This document shows, piece by piece, positions 9,098-17,528 of a stretch of DNA of 64,000 bases; the first letter of the stretch is position 1, and each line of letters begins with the position of its first letter. The translations under genes were made by a program, and so were the position numbers. The notes under the pieces were generated by a model that saw only the letters and a list, made by a program, of their open reading frames with translations, searched no databases and was not told the DNA's origin. Source of the DNA: an uncultured bacterium (lineage in GTDB: Bacteria; Oederibacteriota; PGYV01; CAWJRG01); contig CAWJRG010000009.1 of the NCBI GenBank assembly GCA_963845185.1, forward strand, positions 704,001 through 768,000, written 5' to 3'.

Positions 9098-9138
9098 TTG
9101 ACAAAATAGTAATTACTTTGTATACTCAAAGTAATTAC
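9098..9138 (+). promoter_or_regulatory. Sigma70 promoter with palindromic operator around the -10 box
   Basis: TTGACA (9098-9103), 17 bp, TATACT (9121-9126); perfect inverted repeat GTAATTACTTTG (9109-9120) / CAAAGTAATTAC (9127-9138). Confidence 0.85.
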
Positions 9139-9165
9139 AGAGCAAAAAAAGAAAGGAGGTAAAAC

Positions 9166-9579
9166 ATGAGGCTACAGGTTGTTGAGATTGGAAATTCGAA
9201 AGGCATCAGGATCCCGCAGGCAATCCTGAAGCAGGTGCATTTTGAAAATGAAGTCGACCTTGACGTGTCGGAAGGAAAGATAGTCCTGCGCAGGCTTGTG
9301 GACCCGGATTACATTTTTGGTTTTGAGTCAATCGCAAAGATGGACGACCAGAGCATTCAGAGAATGCTCAGAAAGGTCACCAGGACAGACCTTCTGATTG
9401 CGCTTATCGACGCGGACAAAACCGTAAAAGAAGCAGTATTCCGGAACCTGTCGGAATCGGCCAGGAATTACATCAAGGCAAAAGTGACCAAGCTGGAGAA
9501 AGGCAACGCGCGCGACCTGATGATTGAGAGGAGCCGTAACATGATCAGCGAAGCTTTCGCAGAAATGATCAGGGAGTAA
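9166..9579 (+). CDS. AbrB/MazE-type DNA-binding domain fused to FliG C-terminal-like domain
   Basis: N-terminus IGNSKGIRIP...IVLR (AbrB/MazE); C-terminus FGFESIAKMDDQSIQRMLRKV...LLIAL...VFRNLS (FliG-C pattern); GGAGG RBS. Confidence 0.8.
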   Translation: MRLQVVEIGNSKGIRIPQAILKQVHFENEVDLDVSEGKIVLRRLVDPDYIFGFESIAKMDDQSIQRMLRKVTRTDLLIALIDADKTVKEAVFRNLSESARNYIKAKVTKLEKGNARDLMIERSRNMISEAFAEMIRE

Positions 9580-9610
9580 TGCATAGTAATTCGAAGGAAA
9601 CAAAATTTCA

Positions 9611-9627
9611 GCCGCGTTTAACGCGGC
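9611..9627. repeat. GC-rich hairpin between the two AbrB-FliG genes
   Basis: GCCGCGTT-T-AACGCGGC, immediately before the AAGGAGG RBS of the second gene. Confidence 0.5.
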
Positions 9628-9642
9628 AAAAAGGAGGATGTC

Positions 9643-10095
9643 ATGGCAGTAGAAATTTCCGAAGCAGGAAATCTAGAAAGCTTGAGGTTTACGGGTGTAG
9701 TGCTGGAAAGCTTAAAAGCTGATAAAAAAGTTGAAGTTGTTGAAGTTGAAGCGGAAGAGAAAGTTGTTGTGCGCAGGAATATCGACAGGAACTTTAAAAC
9801 GGGTTTTGAATTACTCTCAAAAAAAGAAGACGCGGACATCAGGAAAATGCTGAACAAAGTGGACATTTTAGACGTTGTTACTGCGCTTGCAAATGCCGAC
9901 AAAACTGCAAAGCTTGCCGTTCTCAGGAATCTACCTCCAAACCTCAGGGAATATGTAGAGATCAATATACTGATTGTTGAAAAAAAGGGGATACACGGCA
10001 ATGAAACCGAGACATGCAGGACAAAGATAAGCGAAGCGTTTGTGGAAATGCTGTATGACGTGCATGCTTCAAGCCCGTCAAACGCGGTAATTTAA
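9643..10095 (+). CDS. Diverged paralog of the AbrB-FliG-C fusion
   Basis: AGNLESLRF...VVVRR (degenerate AbrB); GFELLSKKEDADIRKMLNKVD..DVVTAL..ADKT...RNL; shares ISEAFxEM with the upstream gene. Confidence 0.7.
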   Translation: MAVEISEAGNLESLRFTGVVLESLKADKKVEVVEVEAEEKVVVRRNIDRNFKTGFELLSKKEDADIRKMLNKVDILDVVTALANADKTAKLAVLRNLPPNLREYVEINILIVEKKGIHGNETETCRTKISEAFVEMLYDVHASSPSNAVI

Positions 10096-10236
10096 AGACA
10101 CAATAAATAATCCGCTTTTAACGGCTGGATATTTATTAATTTAAAGATATAAACAATAAATTCTGTTTAAGCAAAAAAGGTTATTATTATACAAACAGCT
10201 TTAAACAGGATTGCGTGATACTTATCTCTGCAAAGA

Positions 10237-10329
10237 AATTTTCAATTAAGAATTGCCAATTTTCAATTGCCGTAGTAAATTGATAATGAAATGAAAATTA
10301 TTAATTATTTTCAATTATCAATTGAGGTG
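10237..10329. repeat. Cluster of TCAATT heptad repeats with an inverted repeat, ending at the RBS
   Basis: TTGCCAATTTTCAATTG (10253-10269); AATTGATAATGAAA (10278-10291) / TTTCAATTATCAATT-GAGGTG (10309-10329). Confidence 0.55.
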
Positions 10330-10337
10330 TTGGTTTT

Positions 10338-10634
10338 ATGAAAAGGCAGACCATCAGTGAGATTAACAGGGAAATAAAGCTAAACCCGGATAACCCGGTG
10401 CCTTACAACAACCGCGGGAATATTAAAGCCATGATAGGAGACTACAAGGGAGCTATTAATGATTATAACAGGGCAATAGAGCTTAACCCGAAGTATGCTG
10501 AGGCTTATTACAGGCGCGGAACCGCTAAACATAATTCAGGAGATAAACAGGGCGCGCTTGAGGATTTAAACAAAGCCGGAGAACTGGGATATAAACAGGC
10601 CTATGATGAAATTAAGGAAATTCAAGGTGAGTGA
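10338..10634 (+). CDS. Small TPR protein
   Basis: YNNRG...GAIxDYxRAIELNP..AEAYY.RG TPR motifs; similar to the C-terminus of the 11293-12162 protein. Confidence 0.85.
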   Translation: MKRQTISEINREIKLNPDNPVPYNNRGNIKAMIGDYKGAINDYNRAIELNPKYAEAYYRRGTAKHNSGDKQGALEDLNKAGELGYKQAYDEIKEIQGE

Positions 10635-10721
10635 AAGTTTTCAATATTCAACTGAGGAGAGCGCAGTGTGCAAACATAGAAGTGCAGAATATGCTGGCAA
10701 ATACAGGCCGGTTTCCTATAT

Positions 10722-11303
10722 ATGACTCCCAAAAAACACCTAAATAAAATAATCGGCCCTATTTATGTCATTATTTTGTTTTTGATCCCTTATATATTAA
10801 TCGGTGTTTTTGGATGGGAAAAAATATGCATCAGGCTGATTTCGGTTTTTTTGTTGTCAATGACTGCGATTATTTTTTTTGTTTATTGGAGTGTGATGCC
10901 TTATCCGGGCGCAATGGATGTCAATGATTTTCCGAAAGAACAGCAGCCAATTAAAACCAAAAAAAGGAAGGTATTTAGGCCTTATGTGCGTGTTTTGCTG
11001 CTGGGATTATCTGTTGCCATGGCATGGGGTTTTATGCCATTTTATAAAGATGTAGTTTCAATTGTTTTTGGGAAACAGGGCTATGAAACAATAAGGGGTA
11101 AAATAACCAACGTGAAAATTCTTTTTGACAGCGCGTTCATTTTCAAAAGCATTCAACTTAACGGCAATAAGGATGATACCTATGAATATTTATATTCGTT
11201 TTCGGGCCGGATGCCTGTCGGCGCAGAATATGAGTTTATTTTCCTGAAAAATTCAAAATTTATTGTCGATGATGTAAGGCTTGGACTGCAAAATGGGAAA
11301 TAA
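10722..11303 (+). CDS. Hypothetical membrane protein (about 3 TM segments)
   Basis: Three hydrophobic segments followed by a soluble beta-rich C-terminal region. Confidence 0.65.
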   Translation: MTPKKHLNKIIGPIYVIILFLIPYILIGVFGWEKICIRLISVFLLSMTAIIFFVYWSVMPYPGAMDVNDFPKEQQPIKTKKRKVFRPYVRVLLLGLSVAMAWGFMPFYKDVVSIVFGKQGYETIRGKITNVKILFDSAFIFKSIQLNGNKDDTYEYLYSFSGRMPVGAEYEFIFLKNSKFIVDDVRLGLQNGK

Positions 11304-12162
11304 ATCCGCTGCGGAAAAGTATTTTAATTCCGGTAAAACAAAACACAGAGCAGGCGATTATAAAGGCGCGATTGAGGATTATAACACGGCAATTGCTCTT
11401 GACCCGGATATTGCTGAGGCTTATAACAACCGCGGAAATGCCAAGTATGATTCAGGCAATAAAATGGAAGCCATTAAAGATTATGATAAGGCCATAGAGC
11501 TTGACTCGGATCATGCGGTAGCTTATTACAACCGCGGTAATGCCAAAAGTGCGCTGAGCAAGCCTGATGAAGCGATTAAGGATTATGATAAGGCAATCAC
11601 TCTTGACCCGAGTTTTGCAGATACTTATAATATGCGAGGCATTGCCAAGGAGGAGATGGAAGACCATAAAGCCGCAATTGAAGATTTTGACAAGGCAATA
11701 GGGATTGCACCAAATGACTCAAAGGCTTTAGCCAACCGCGGGGTTGCTAAATTTAATTCAGGAGACTTTAAAGGCGCAATTGGAGATTTCGATAAGGCAA
11801 TAAGGCTTGACTCGGACAATGCAAGGATTTATACCAGCCGCGGCACAGCTAAAAATATGGCAGGCGATAAAAGAGGCGCTATTGAAGACAGTACCAAAGC
11901 GATAGAGCTTGACCCGAAATTTGCGCCTGCTTATCGCAACAGGGGGAATGTTAAAGGCATGATAGGCGACTTTAACGGTGCGATCAAGGATTATGACGAA
12001 GCAATAGAACTTGAACCAAAGGATGCCGAGGCTTATTATTACCGCGGGCTCGCTAAAAGTAATTTGGGCGAAAAGCAGGGCGCGATTGAAGATTTTAAAA
12101 AGGCCGGGAAATTGGGGTTAAAAAAAGCAAATGACGAAATCAGAAAAATGCAGGGGAATTAA
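11293..12162 (+). CDS. TPR-repeat protein (about 8 TPRs)
   Basis: Regular 34-aa repeats AYxNRGxAK...AIxD[YF]DKAIxLDP. Confidence 0.9.
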   Translation: MGNKSAAEKYFNSGKTKHRAGDYKGAIEDYNTAIALDPDIAEAYNNRGNAKYDSGNKMEAIKDYDKAIELDSDHAVAYYNRGNAKSALSKPDEAIKDYDKAITLDPSFADTYNMRGIAKEEMEDHKAAIEDFDKAIGIAPNDSKALANRGVAKFNSGDFKGAIGDFDKAIRLDSDNARIYTSRGTAKNMAGDKRGAIEDSTKAIELDPKFAPAYRNRGNVKGMIGDFNGAIKDYDEAIELEPKDAEAYYYRGLAKSNLGEKQGAIEDFKKAGKLGLKKANDEIRKMQGN

Positions 12163-12251
12163 AAAAGCTAAGAAAACAGAAGTTATATTGTATGCGTTAA
12201 GAAAATTTACAAAAACAGTTTAATCCGGGTCCGAAATATACGGACTTTCCA

Positions 12252-12281
12252 TTGACAACAACAAGGTTTCTATTATATACT
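12252..12281 (+). promoter_or_regulatory. Putative sigma70 promoter
   Basis: TTGACA (12252-12257), 18 bp, TATACT (12276-12281) upstream of the MBL gene. Confidence 0.5.
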
Positions 12282-12340
12282 TTTTTCTACATTGAAGCGC
12301 TGAGGAAATATCACGACAGCAGCTCGACAGGAGGTTTGGC

Positions 12341-13012
12341 ATGCTTATTATTCCGGGCGTCCATGAAATCAAATTGAATTTTGTCAACGCTTTTCTTATC
12401 GAAGAGCAGGGGGCATTGACTTTAATAGACACAGGCATACCGGGCTGCGACAAGAAAATCGCGGCATATATCAAAAGCATTGGCAGGCAGGTGACGGATA
12501 TTAAAATAATTCTCATTACCCATTCTGACCCGGACCATATCGGCTCGCTGGCTTCGCTTAAGAAATCAAGCGGCGCTACGATATATTCTTCGGCCATTGA
12601 AGCTGAAGCTGCAAAAACCGGGCGTTCCTCCAGGCAGATGAAAACAAAGGGGTTCCGCAGTTTATTGCGCAAATTGCTCATGTCGCTTATTATGAGAATC
12701 AAACCGGCCAATGTCGATAAAATTTTAAAAAATAGCGAGGAGCTTCCCATTTTGGGCGGGCTCGTGGCCGTTGAAACGCCGGGACACACACCGGGGCATA
12801 TGTCATATTATCTTAAAATACCGAAAATTTTGTTTTGCGGTGATTCCATGAACCCTGTCGACGGTAAGATTGCTTCGTCAAGGCCAGGATATACCGCGAA
12901 CGCAGAGCAGTCGGAGGCATCGTATAAAAAACAGGCCTCAATGAGTCCGGCTATTGTATGTTTCGGGCATGGCGAAGCCATAAAAGAGGCTGAGAAAAAG
13001 TTTATCCAGTAA
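12341..13012 (+). CDS. Metallo-beta-lactamase-fold hydrolase
   Basis: LIDTG, THSDPDHIG (HxDxDH variant), TPGHTPGH, CGD and FGHG motifs. Confidence 0.9.
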   Translation: MLIIPGVHEIKLNFVNAFLIEEQGALTLIDTGIPGCDKKIAAYIKSIGRQVTDIKIILITHSDPDHIGSLASLKKSSGATIYSSAIEAEAAKTGRSSRQMKTKGFRSLLRKLLMSLIMRIKPANVDKILKNSEELPILGGLVAVETPGHTPGHMSYYLKIPKILFCGDSMNPVDGKIASSRPGYTANAEQSEASYKKQASMSPAIVCFGHGEAIKEAEKKFIQ

Positions 13013-13047
13013 GGTTGCTACGCAATAGGCATTGTTAAAAATTTCTC

Positions 13048-13076
13048 TTGACAAGTTTATGAAAAAGTTCTATATT
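13048..13076 (+). promoter_or_regulatory. Putative distal rho promoter
   Basis: TTGACA (13048-13053), 17 bp, TATATT (13071-13076). Confidence 0.6.
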
Positions 13077-13121
13077 AAATAAATAATCAGTAATCAATAT
13101 TCAGGAAAATCTAATTTTCCC

Positions 13122-13155
13122 TTGACAAAAACCGCAAACTTGTTATTTTTGCGGT
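13122..13155 (+). promoter_or_regulatory. Putative proximal rho promoter overlapped by an inverted repeat
   Basis: TTGACA (13122-13127), 16 bp, TATTTT; ACCGCAAA (13131-13138) / TTTGCGGT (13148-13155). Confidence 0.4.
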
Positions 13156-13334
13156 AAAAAAACTTTTATCGGAGTTAATAGTTGAATTTATGAGTAAGTG
13201 GGATAATTTTAGTCACAACAAGAATGTCCACGAGAATTTAACCCCTTAACAAAACAGTTTGATACTTATGTATCAATATATCAGCCGGAAAAATACCGTA
13301 GTCTGAAAAAATCCATTTAGGAGGCAAAAGAAGT

Positions 13335-14588
13335 ATGAATCTTACGGAATTAAAGGTAAAGAAAACATCGGAACTACAGACAATCGCGAAGGAACTGAAA
13401 CTCGAAGGCATCAGCACTTTAAAAAAACAGGACTTAATCTTTAAAATCCTTGAAACCCAGACCAAACAAAATGGCCTTATTTATGGAGAGGGCGTGCTTG
13501 AGATACTGCCTGACGGCTTTGGTTTTTTGAGGTCGCCAAACTATAACTACCTGCCGGGGCCTGATGACATTTACATATCACCGTCCCAAATAAGGAAATT
13601 TGACCTTAGGACAGGCGACATGATTGCAGGACAGATAAGGCCGCCAAAAGAGGGTGAAAAGTACTTTGCGCTTCTAAAAGTGGAAACTATCAACGGTGAT
13701 GACCCTGAAAAGGCAAAAGACAAGGTGTTTTTTGACAATTTAACGCCGCTTTACCCGCATGAAAAAATCAATTTGGAAAACAAGGAAAAGGACATGTCCA
13801 TGAGGATTATGGACCTTTTAATACCTCTAGGCAAGGGCCAGAGGGGAATAATAGTCGCTCCGCCCAGGACGGGCAAGACCGTACTGCTCCAAAAAATAGC
13901 AAACAGCATATCTGAAAATCACCCTGAAATTTTCCTCATAGTGCTTCTCATAGACGAGCGTCCTGAGGAAGTTACCGACATGGAAAGGACAGTAAAAGGC
14001 GAGGTCATAAGCTCCACTTTTGACGAACCGCCGACAAGGCATTTGCAGGTATCGGACATGGTGCTCGAAAAGGCAAAAAGGCTAGTTGAAAGCGGTAAAG
14101 ACGTGGTAATACTCCTTGACAGCATAACAAGGCTTGCCAGGGCTTACAACACGGTGGCACCAAGCAGCGGCAAGGTGCTGACAGGCGGAATAGATTCAAA
14201 CGCTTTGCAGAAACCAAAAAGGTTTTTCGGTGCTGCCCGCGCAATAGAAGAGGGCGGTTCCCTGACAATAGTGGCAACAGCGCTTATTGAGACAGGAAGC
14301 AGGATGGACGATGTCATATTCGAGGAATTCAAGGGAACAGGCAATATGGAACTCGTGCTGTCAAGGGAACTGGCTGACAGGAGGCTTTTCCCGGCAATAG
14401 ACTGCTCCAAGTCAGGCACAAGGAAAGAAGAGCTGCTTTTGGCCAAGTTGGAACTACAGAAGGTATGGATACTCAGAAAGGCGCTTTTAAGCAAAATGAA
14501 ACCTGTGGAAATAATGGAATTCCTTATTGACAAAATGGGAAAGATGAAAAATAATAAGGCGTTTTTAGACGCTATGAATACGGATTAA
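13335..14588 (+). CDS. rho: Transcription termination factor Rho
   Basis: [49 protein letters not shown]. Confidence 0.99.
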   Translation: MNLTELKVKKTSELQTIAKELKLEGISTLKKQDLIFKILETQTKQNGLIYGEGVLEILPDGFGFLRSPNYNYLPGPDDIYISPSQIRKFDLRTGDMIAGQIRPPKEGEKYFALLKVETINGDDPEKAKDKVFFDNLTPLYPHEKINLENKEKDMSMRIMDLLIPLGKGQRGIIVAPPRTGKTVLLQKIANSISENHPEIFLIVLLIDERPEEVTDMERTVKGEVISSTFDEPPTRHLQVSDMVLEKAKRLVESGKDVVILLDSITRLARAYNTVAPSSGKVLTGGIDSNALQKPKRFFGAARAIEEGGSLTIVATALIETGSRMDDVIFEEFKGTGNMELVLSRELADRRLFPAIDCSKSGTRKEELLLAKLELQKVWILRKALLSKMKPVEIMEFLIDKMGKMKNNKAFLDAMNTD

Positions 14589-14604
14589 AAGGAGAAAGAA
14601 TATT

Positions 14605-14832
14605 ATGAAGGAAAAAATTCATCCCGAGTATAAAAAGGCCATAGTTACGTGCTCGTGCGGCAATGTATTTGAAACAAAAAGTACAGTAGGTGACATGAAG
14701 ATTGACATATGTTATGCATGCCATCCGTTTTACACTGGCGTTCAGAAATTCGTGGATACTGATGGTAGAGTTGAAAAGTATAACAAGAGAATGAGTAAAA
14801 AGACAGCCAAGGCCGAAGCGCCGAAAAATTAG
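14605..14832 (+). CDS. rpmE: 50S ribosomal protein L31 (Zn-binding type)
   Basis: [12 protein letters not shown]...[15 protein letters not shown]. Confidence 0.97.
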   Translation: MKEKIHPEYKKAIVTCSCGNVFETKSTVGDMKIDICYACHPFYTGVQKFVDTDGRVEKYNKRMSKKTAKAEAPKN

Positions 14833-14843
14833 CAGGATTTTCA

Positions 14844-14900
14844 GGGCGTGTTATACGCCGCGCGTGATTATATCACGGCAAGCGTATAATGCGCCCTTTT
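14844..14900 (+). terminator. Long nested hairpin with short U-tract after rpmE
   Basis: GGGCGTGTTATACGC...GCGTATAATGCGCCC-TTTT with inner stem CGTGAT/ATCACG. Confidence 0.6.
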
Positions 14901-14952
14901 CATTTTAAAATAATTAATTCCGCTTTTAAACGGGGAAACAAGGAGATTTTAT

Positions 14953-15906
14953 TTGAAAACGCAAAAAGAAAAGATGAATATAGGCGGCGAAGCCGTGATT
15001 GAAGGAGTTATGATGCGTTCCCAGCATTATTATGCAGTTTCCGTCCGTAGAAAGAACAAAAAAATAACAACTGTATCAGGACCGATAAATTCGCTAAGTG
15101 AAAAATACAAATTTTTAAAATGGCCGTTGTTCCGCGGATTGCAGGCCATGTGGGAATCATTGACACTCGGCTTTTTTGCACTTGATTTTTCGGCGAATAT
15201 GTATGAAGAGGATTCCGGGGAAAAAGGCAAAAAGTCAGGAAAGAAAAAGGAAAGCAAAGAGCAGGGCAAAGGCATGGAAATGGCACTTTCCATGGGCTTG
15301 GCGATTATAATAGGGGTGGCGGTTTTTATCGCGGTTCCTTACTACCTTAATAAATTTATTGCTCTGAAATTCAAGGCAGTCGCGAACAACCGGGTTTTGT
15401 ATAACGCCGGCATGGTGTTTTTTAAACTGCTGATATTTTTCTTTTATGTCTGGGGCATTTCAATGCTGGAAGACATAAAAAGACTTTTCCAGTACCACGG
15501 GGCAGAGCATAAGACCATATTCGCGTATGAGAACAACCAGAAACTGACTTACGGAAATATTAAGCAATATTCCACAAGGCATCCGCGCTGCGGTACTGCT
15601 TTTATAGTCATAACCCTTGTGGTCAGCCTGGTGATATTTATACTGTTCCTGCCGCCTAATCTCAAGGTATGGCAAAGGATACTTGTGGAAATACCGCTTT
15701 TAATCCCGATTGTAGGACTGTCTTACGAGGCATTGAAATACTCGGCCAAATTCCAGGATAATCTTTTTATCAAGATTCTTATTGCGCCGGGGCTTGCGTT
15801 CCAGCGCCTAACGACAAAAGAACCTGATAAATCACAGGTGGAAGTGGCCGTGAAATCTTTTAATACAGTTTTGAATCTTGAAAAAAAGCATAAAAACAAA
15901 GGGTGA
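14953..15906 (+). CDS. DUF1385 family membrane protein
   Basis: IGGEAVIEGVMMR, FQYHGAEHK, HPRCGT, QRLTTKEP; typical position between rpmE and prfA. Confidence 0.92.
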   Translation: MKTQKEKMNIGGEAVIEGVMMRSQHYYAVSVRRKNKKITTVSGPINSLSEKYKFLKWPLFRGLQAMWESLTLGFFALDFSANMYEEDSGEKGKKSGKKKESKEQGKGMEMALSMGLAIIIGVAVFIAVPYYLNKFIALKFKAVANNRVLYNAGMVFFKLLIFFFYVWGISMLEDIKRLFQYHGAEHKTIFAYENNQKLTYGNIKQYSTRHPRCGTAFIVITLVVSLVIFILFLPPNLKVWQRILVEIPLLIPIVGLSYEALKYSAKFQDNLFIKILIAPGLAFQRLTTKEPDKSQVEVAVKSFNTVLNLEKKHKNKG

Positions 15907-15916
15907 GTGCGGCGTT

Positions 15917-16993
15917 ATGTTAATAATGGATAAAGTAAAAAAGAAATTTCAGGATTATGAGACATTGACGAAGGAACTTTCAATGCCTGAAATTATAAAT
16001 AACAGGGAATTGTATCAAAAAAAAATCAAACAGCACAATGAACTCATGGACTTAGCTGATGAATACAAAAAATATCTTGAAGCTGAAAAGGCGCTGCTTG
16101 ATTCAAGGGAAATGATAAACACCGAAACAGACCCTGAGATGAAGGAACTGGCCATGCAGGAAGCTGCGCATACCGAAGAGAAATTAAAAAGTATCGGAGA
16201 AAAACTTAAATATCTCGTGATACCCAGGGATCCAAATGACGTGAAAAATGCCATTGTGGAGATAAGGGCAGGAACCGGCGGCGAGGAAGCGGCTTTATTC
16301 GCACTCGACCTTTATAAGATGTATATAAAATACGCTGAAAACCGCGGGTTTAAAATAGACGTCATGGACTCGCACCCGACCGAGTTGGGCGGTTTTAAGG
16401 GAATTATATTCATGGTGCTGGGAAACGGCGCGTATGCGAAGCTTAAGTTCGAAAGCGGTACGCACAGAGTCCAGAGGGTACCTGCAACCGAGGCAAGCGG
16501 CAGGATACACACTTCAGCAGTAACTGTGGCTGTGCTGCCAGAACAGGAAGAAATTGACGTACAGATAAACCCTAGTGATTTGAGAATCGATATATTCTGC
16601 GCGTCAGGTCCGGGTGGACAGTGCGTAAATACCACTTATTCGGCGGTCAGGATAGTGCATATACCAACCGGTATAGAGGTAAGCTGTCAGGACGAGCGTT
16701 CGCAGATTAAAAACAAGGCAAAAGCCATGAAAATCCTTAGGGCGCGCATAAAAGAAAAAATGGAACTTGCGGAAAAGGAAAAACTCGATTCAAACCGCAA
16801 AGCCCAGATAGGCTCGGGAGACAGGAGCGAAAAAATCAGGACTTATAATTATCCACAAAACAGGATAACCGATCACAGGATAGGGTTCACAGTATATAAC
16901 CTACCGGCTGTAATGCAGGCAGGAAATCTTGATGAATTTTTTGAGAAGCTTGCTGCCGATTACAACGAGAAGCAGCTTGAAAAGGTAGGCTGA
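15917..16993 (+). CDS. prfA: Peptide chain release factor 1
   Basis: EIRAGTGGEEA, HRVQRVPATE (PxT), GGQ, RSEKIRTYN. Confidence 0.98.
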   Translation: MLIMDKVKKKFQDYETLTKELSMPEIINNRELYQKKIKQHNELMDLADEYKKYLEAEKALLDSREMINTETDPEMKELAMQEAAHTEEKLKSIGEKLKYLVIPRDPNDVKNAIVEIRAGTGGEEAALFALDLYKMYIKYAENRGFKIDVMDSHPTELGGFKGIIFMVLGNGAYAKLKFESGTHRVQRVPATEASGRIHTSAVTVAVLPEQEEIDVQINPSDLRIDIFCASGPGGQCVNTTYSAVRIVHIPTGIEVSCQDERSQIKNKAKAMKILRARIKEKMELAEKEKLDSNRKAQIGSGDRSEKIRTYNYPQNRITDHRIGFTVYNLPAVMQAGNLDEFFEKLAADYNEKQLEKVG

Positions 16994-16997
16994 AATC

Positions 16998-17528
16998 ATG
17001 AAGCAGCCCCTCCTTAATGAAAAATTAATAAACTGCGCGGAATGCGGCGACCTTGAGGGAATAAAAGAACTCATGCATGCAAATATTGATATCAATGTAA
17101 AGGATTTTTCATCGCTTTACAACTATACGCCCTTGATGCTTGCTGCAAGATGCGGCCATACTCAGGTCGTGAAGGAACTTATTAAAGCAGGGGCAGACAT
17201 TAACTACAGGAACAGTCTTGGTTATACCGCACTCATGGAAAGCGCGTGGTTCGGCAAAATTGAAACTGTAAAGGCACTGATTGAGGCGAACGTAAATATT
17301 GACTTAAGAAACAACGAGGGCAATACCGCGCTCATGGAAGCTGCCGCGATGGGCCATGTCGAAATAGTAAAGGTACTGATAAACGCCGGGGCAGGATTTA
17401 ATATTAAAAACAAAAATGGAAATTCTTGTTTTGACATGTCCAAAAAAAAGGAAATAAAGGAAATTTTTAGTGAGTATGAGAAAAAACCCGGGATAATAAA
17501 AAGAATTATTAAAAAGTTTAAAAAATGA
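16998..17528 (+). CDS. Ankyrin-repeat protein
   Basis: TPLMLAA..GH..VVKELIKAGADIN and TALMEAA..GH canonical 33-aa repeats. Confidence 0.92.
   Translation: MKQPLLNEKLINCAECGDLEGIKELMHANIDINVKDFSSLYNYTPLMLAARCGHTQVVKELIKAGADINYRNSLGYTALMESAWFGKIETVKALIEANVNIDLRNNEGNTALMEAAAMGHVEIVKVLINAGAGFNIKNKNGNSCFDMSKKKEIKEIFSEYEKKPGIIKRIIKKFKK

Noticed and set aside
9166..10095. Classical MazEF/VapBC toxin-antitoxin pair, or real fliG genes
   Set aside because: The second gene is a paralog of the first and has no PemK or PIN motifs. FliG N and middle domains, torque residues and flagellar context are absent.
3498..12340. Integron cassette array
   Set aside because: No integrase and no convincing RYYYAAC...GTTRRRY attC sites; several genes have their own promoters.
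10110..14935. Similar TCCGCTTTTAA(A)CGG motifs at about 10111 and 14919
   Set aside because: Only two short copies in unrelated contexts; cannot be told from chance.
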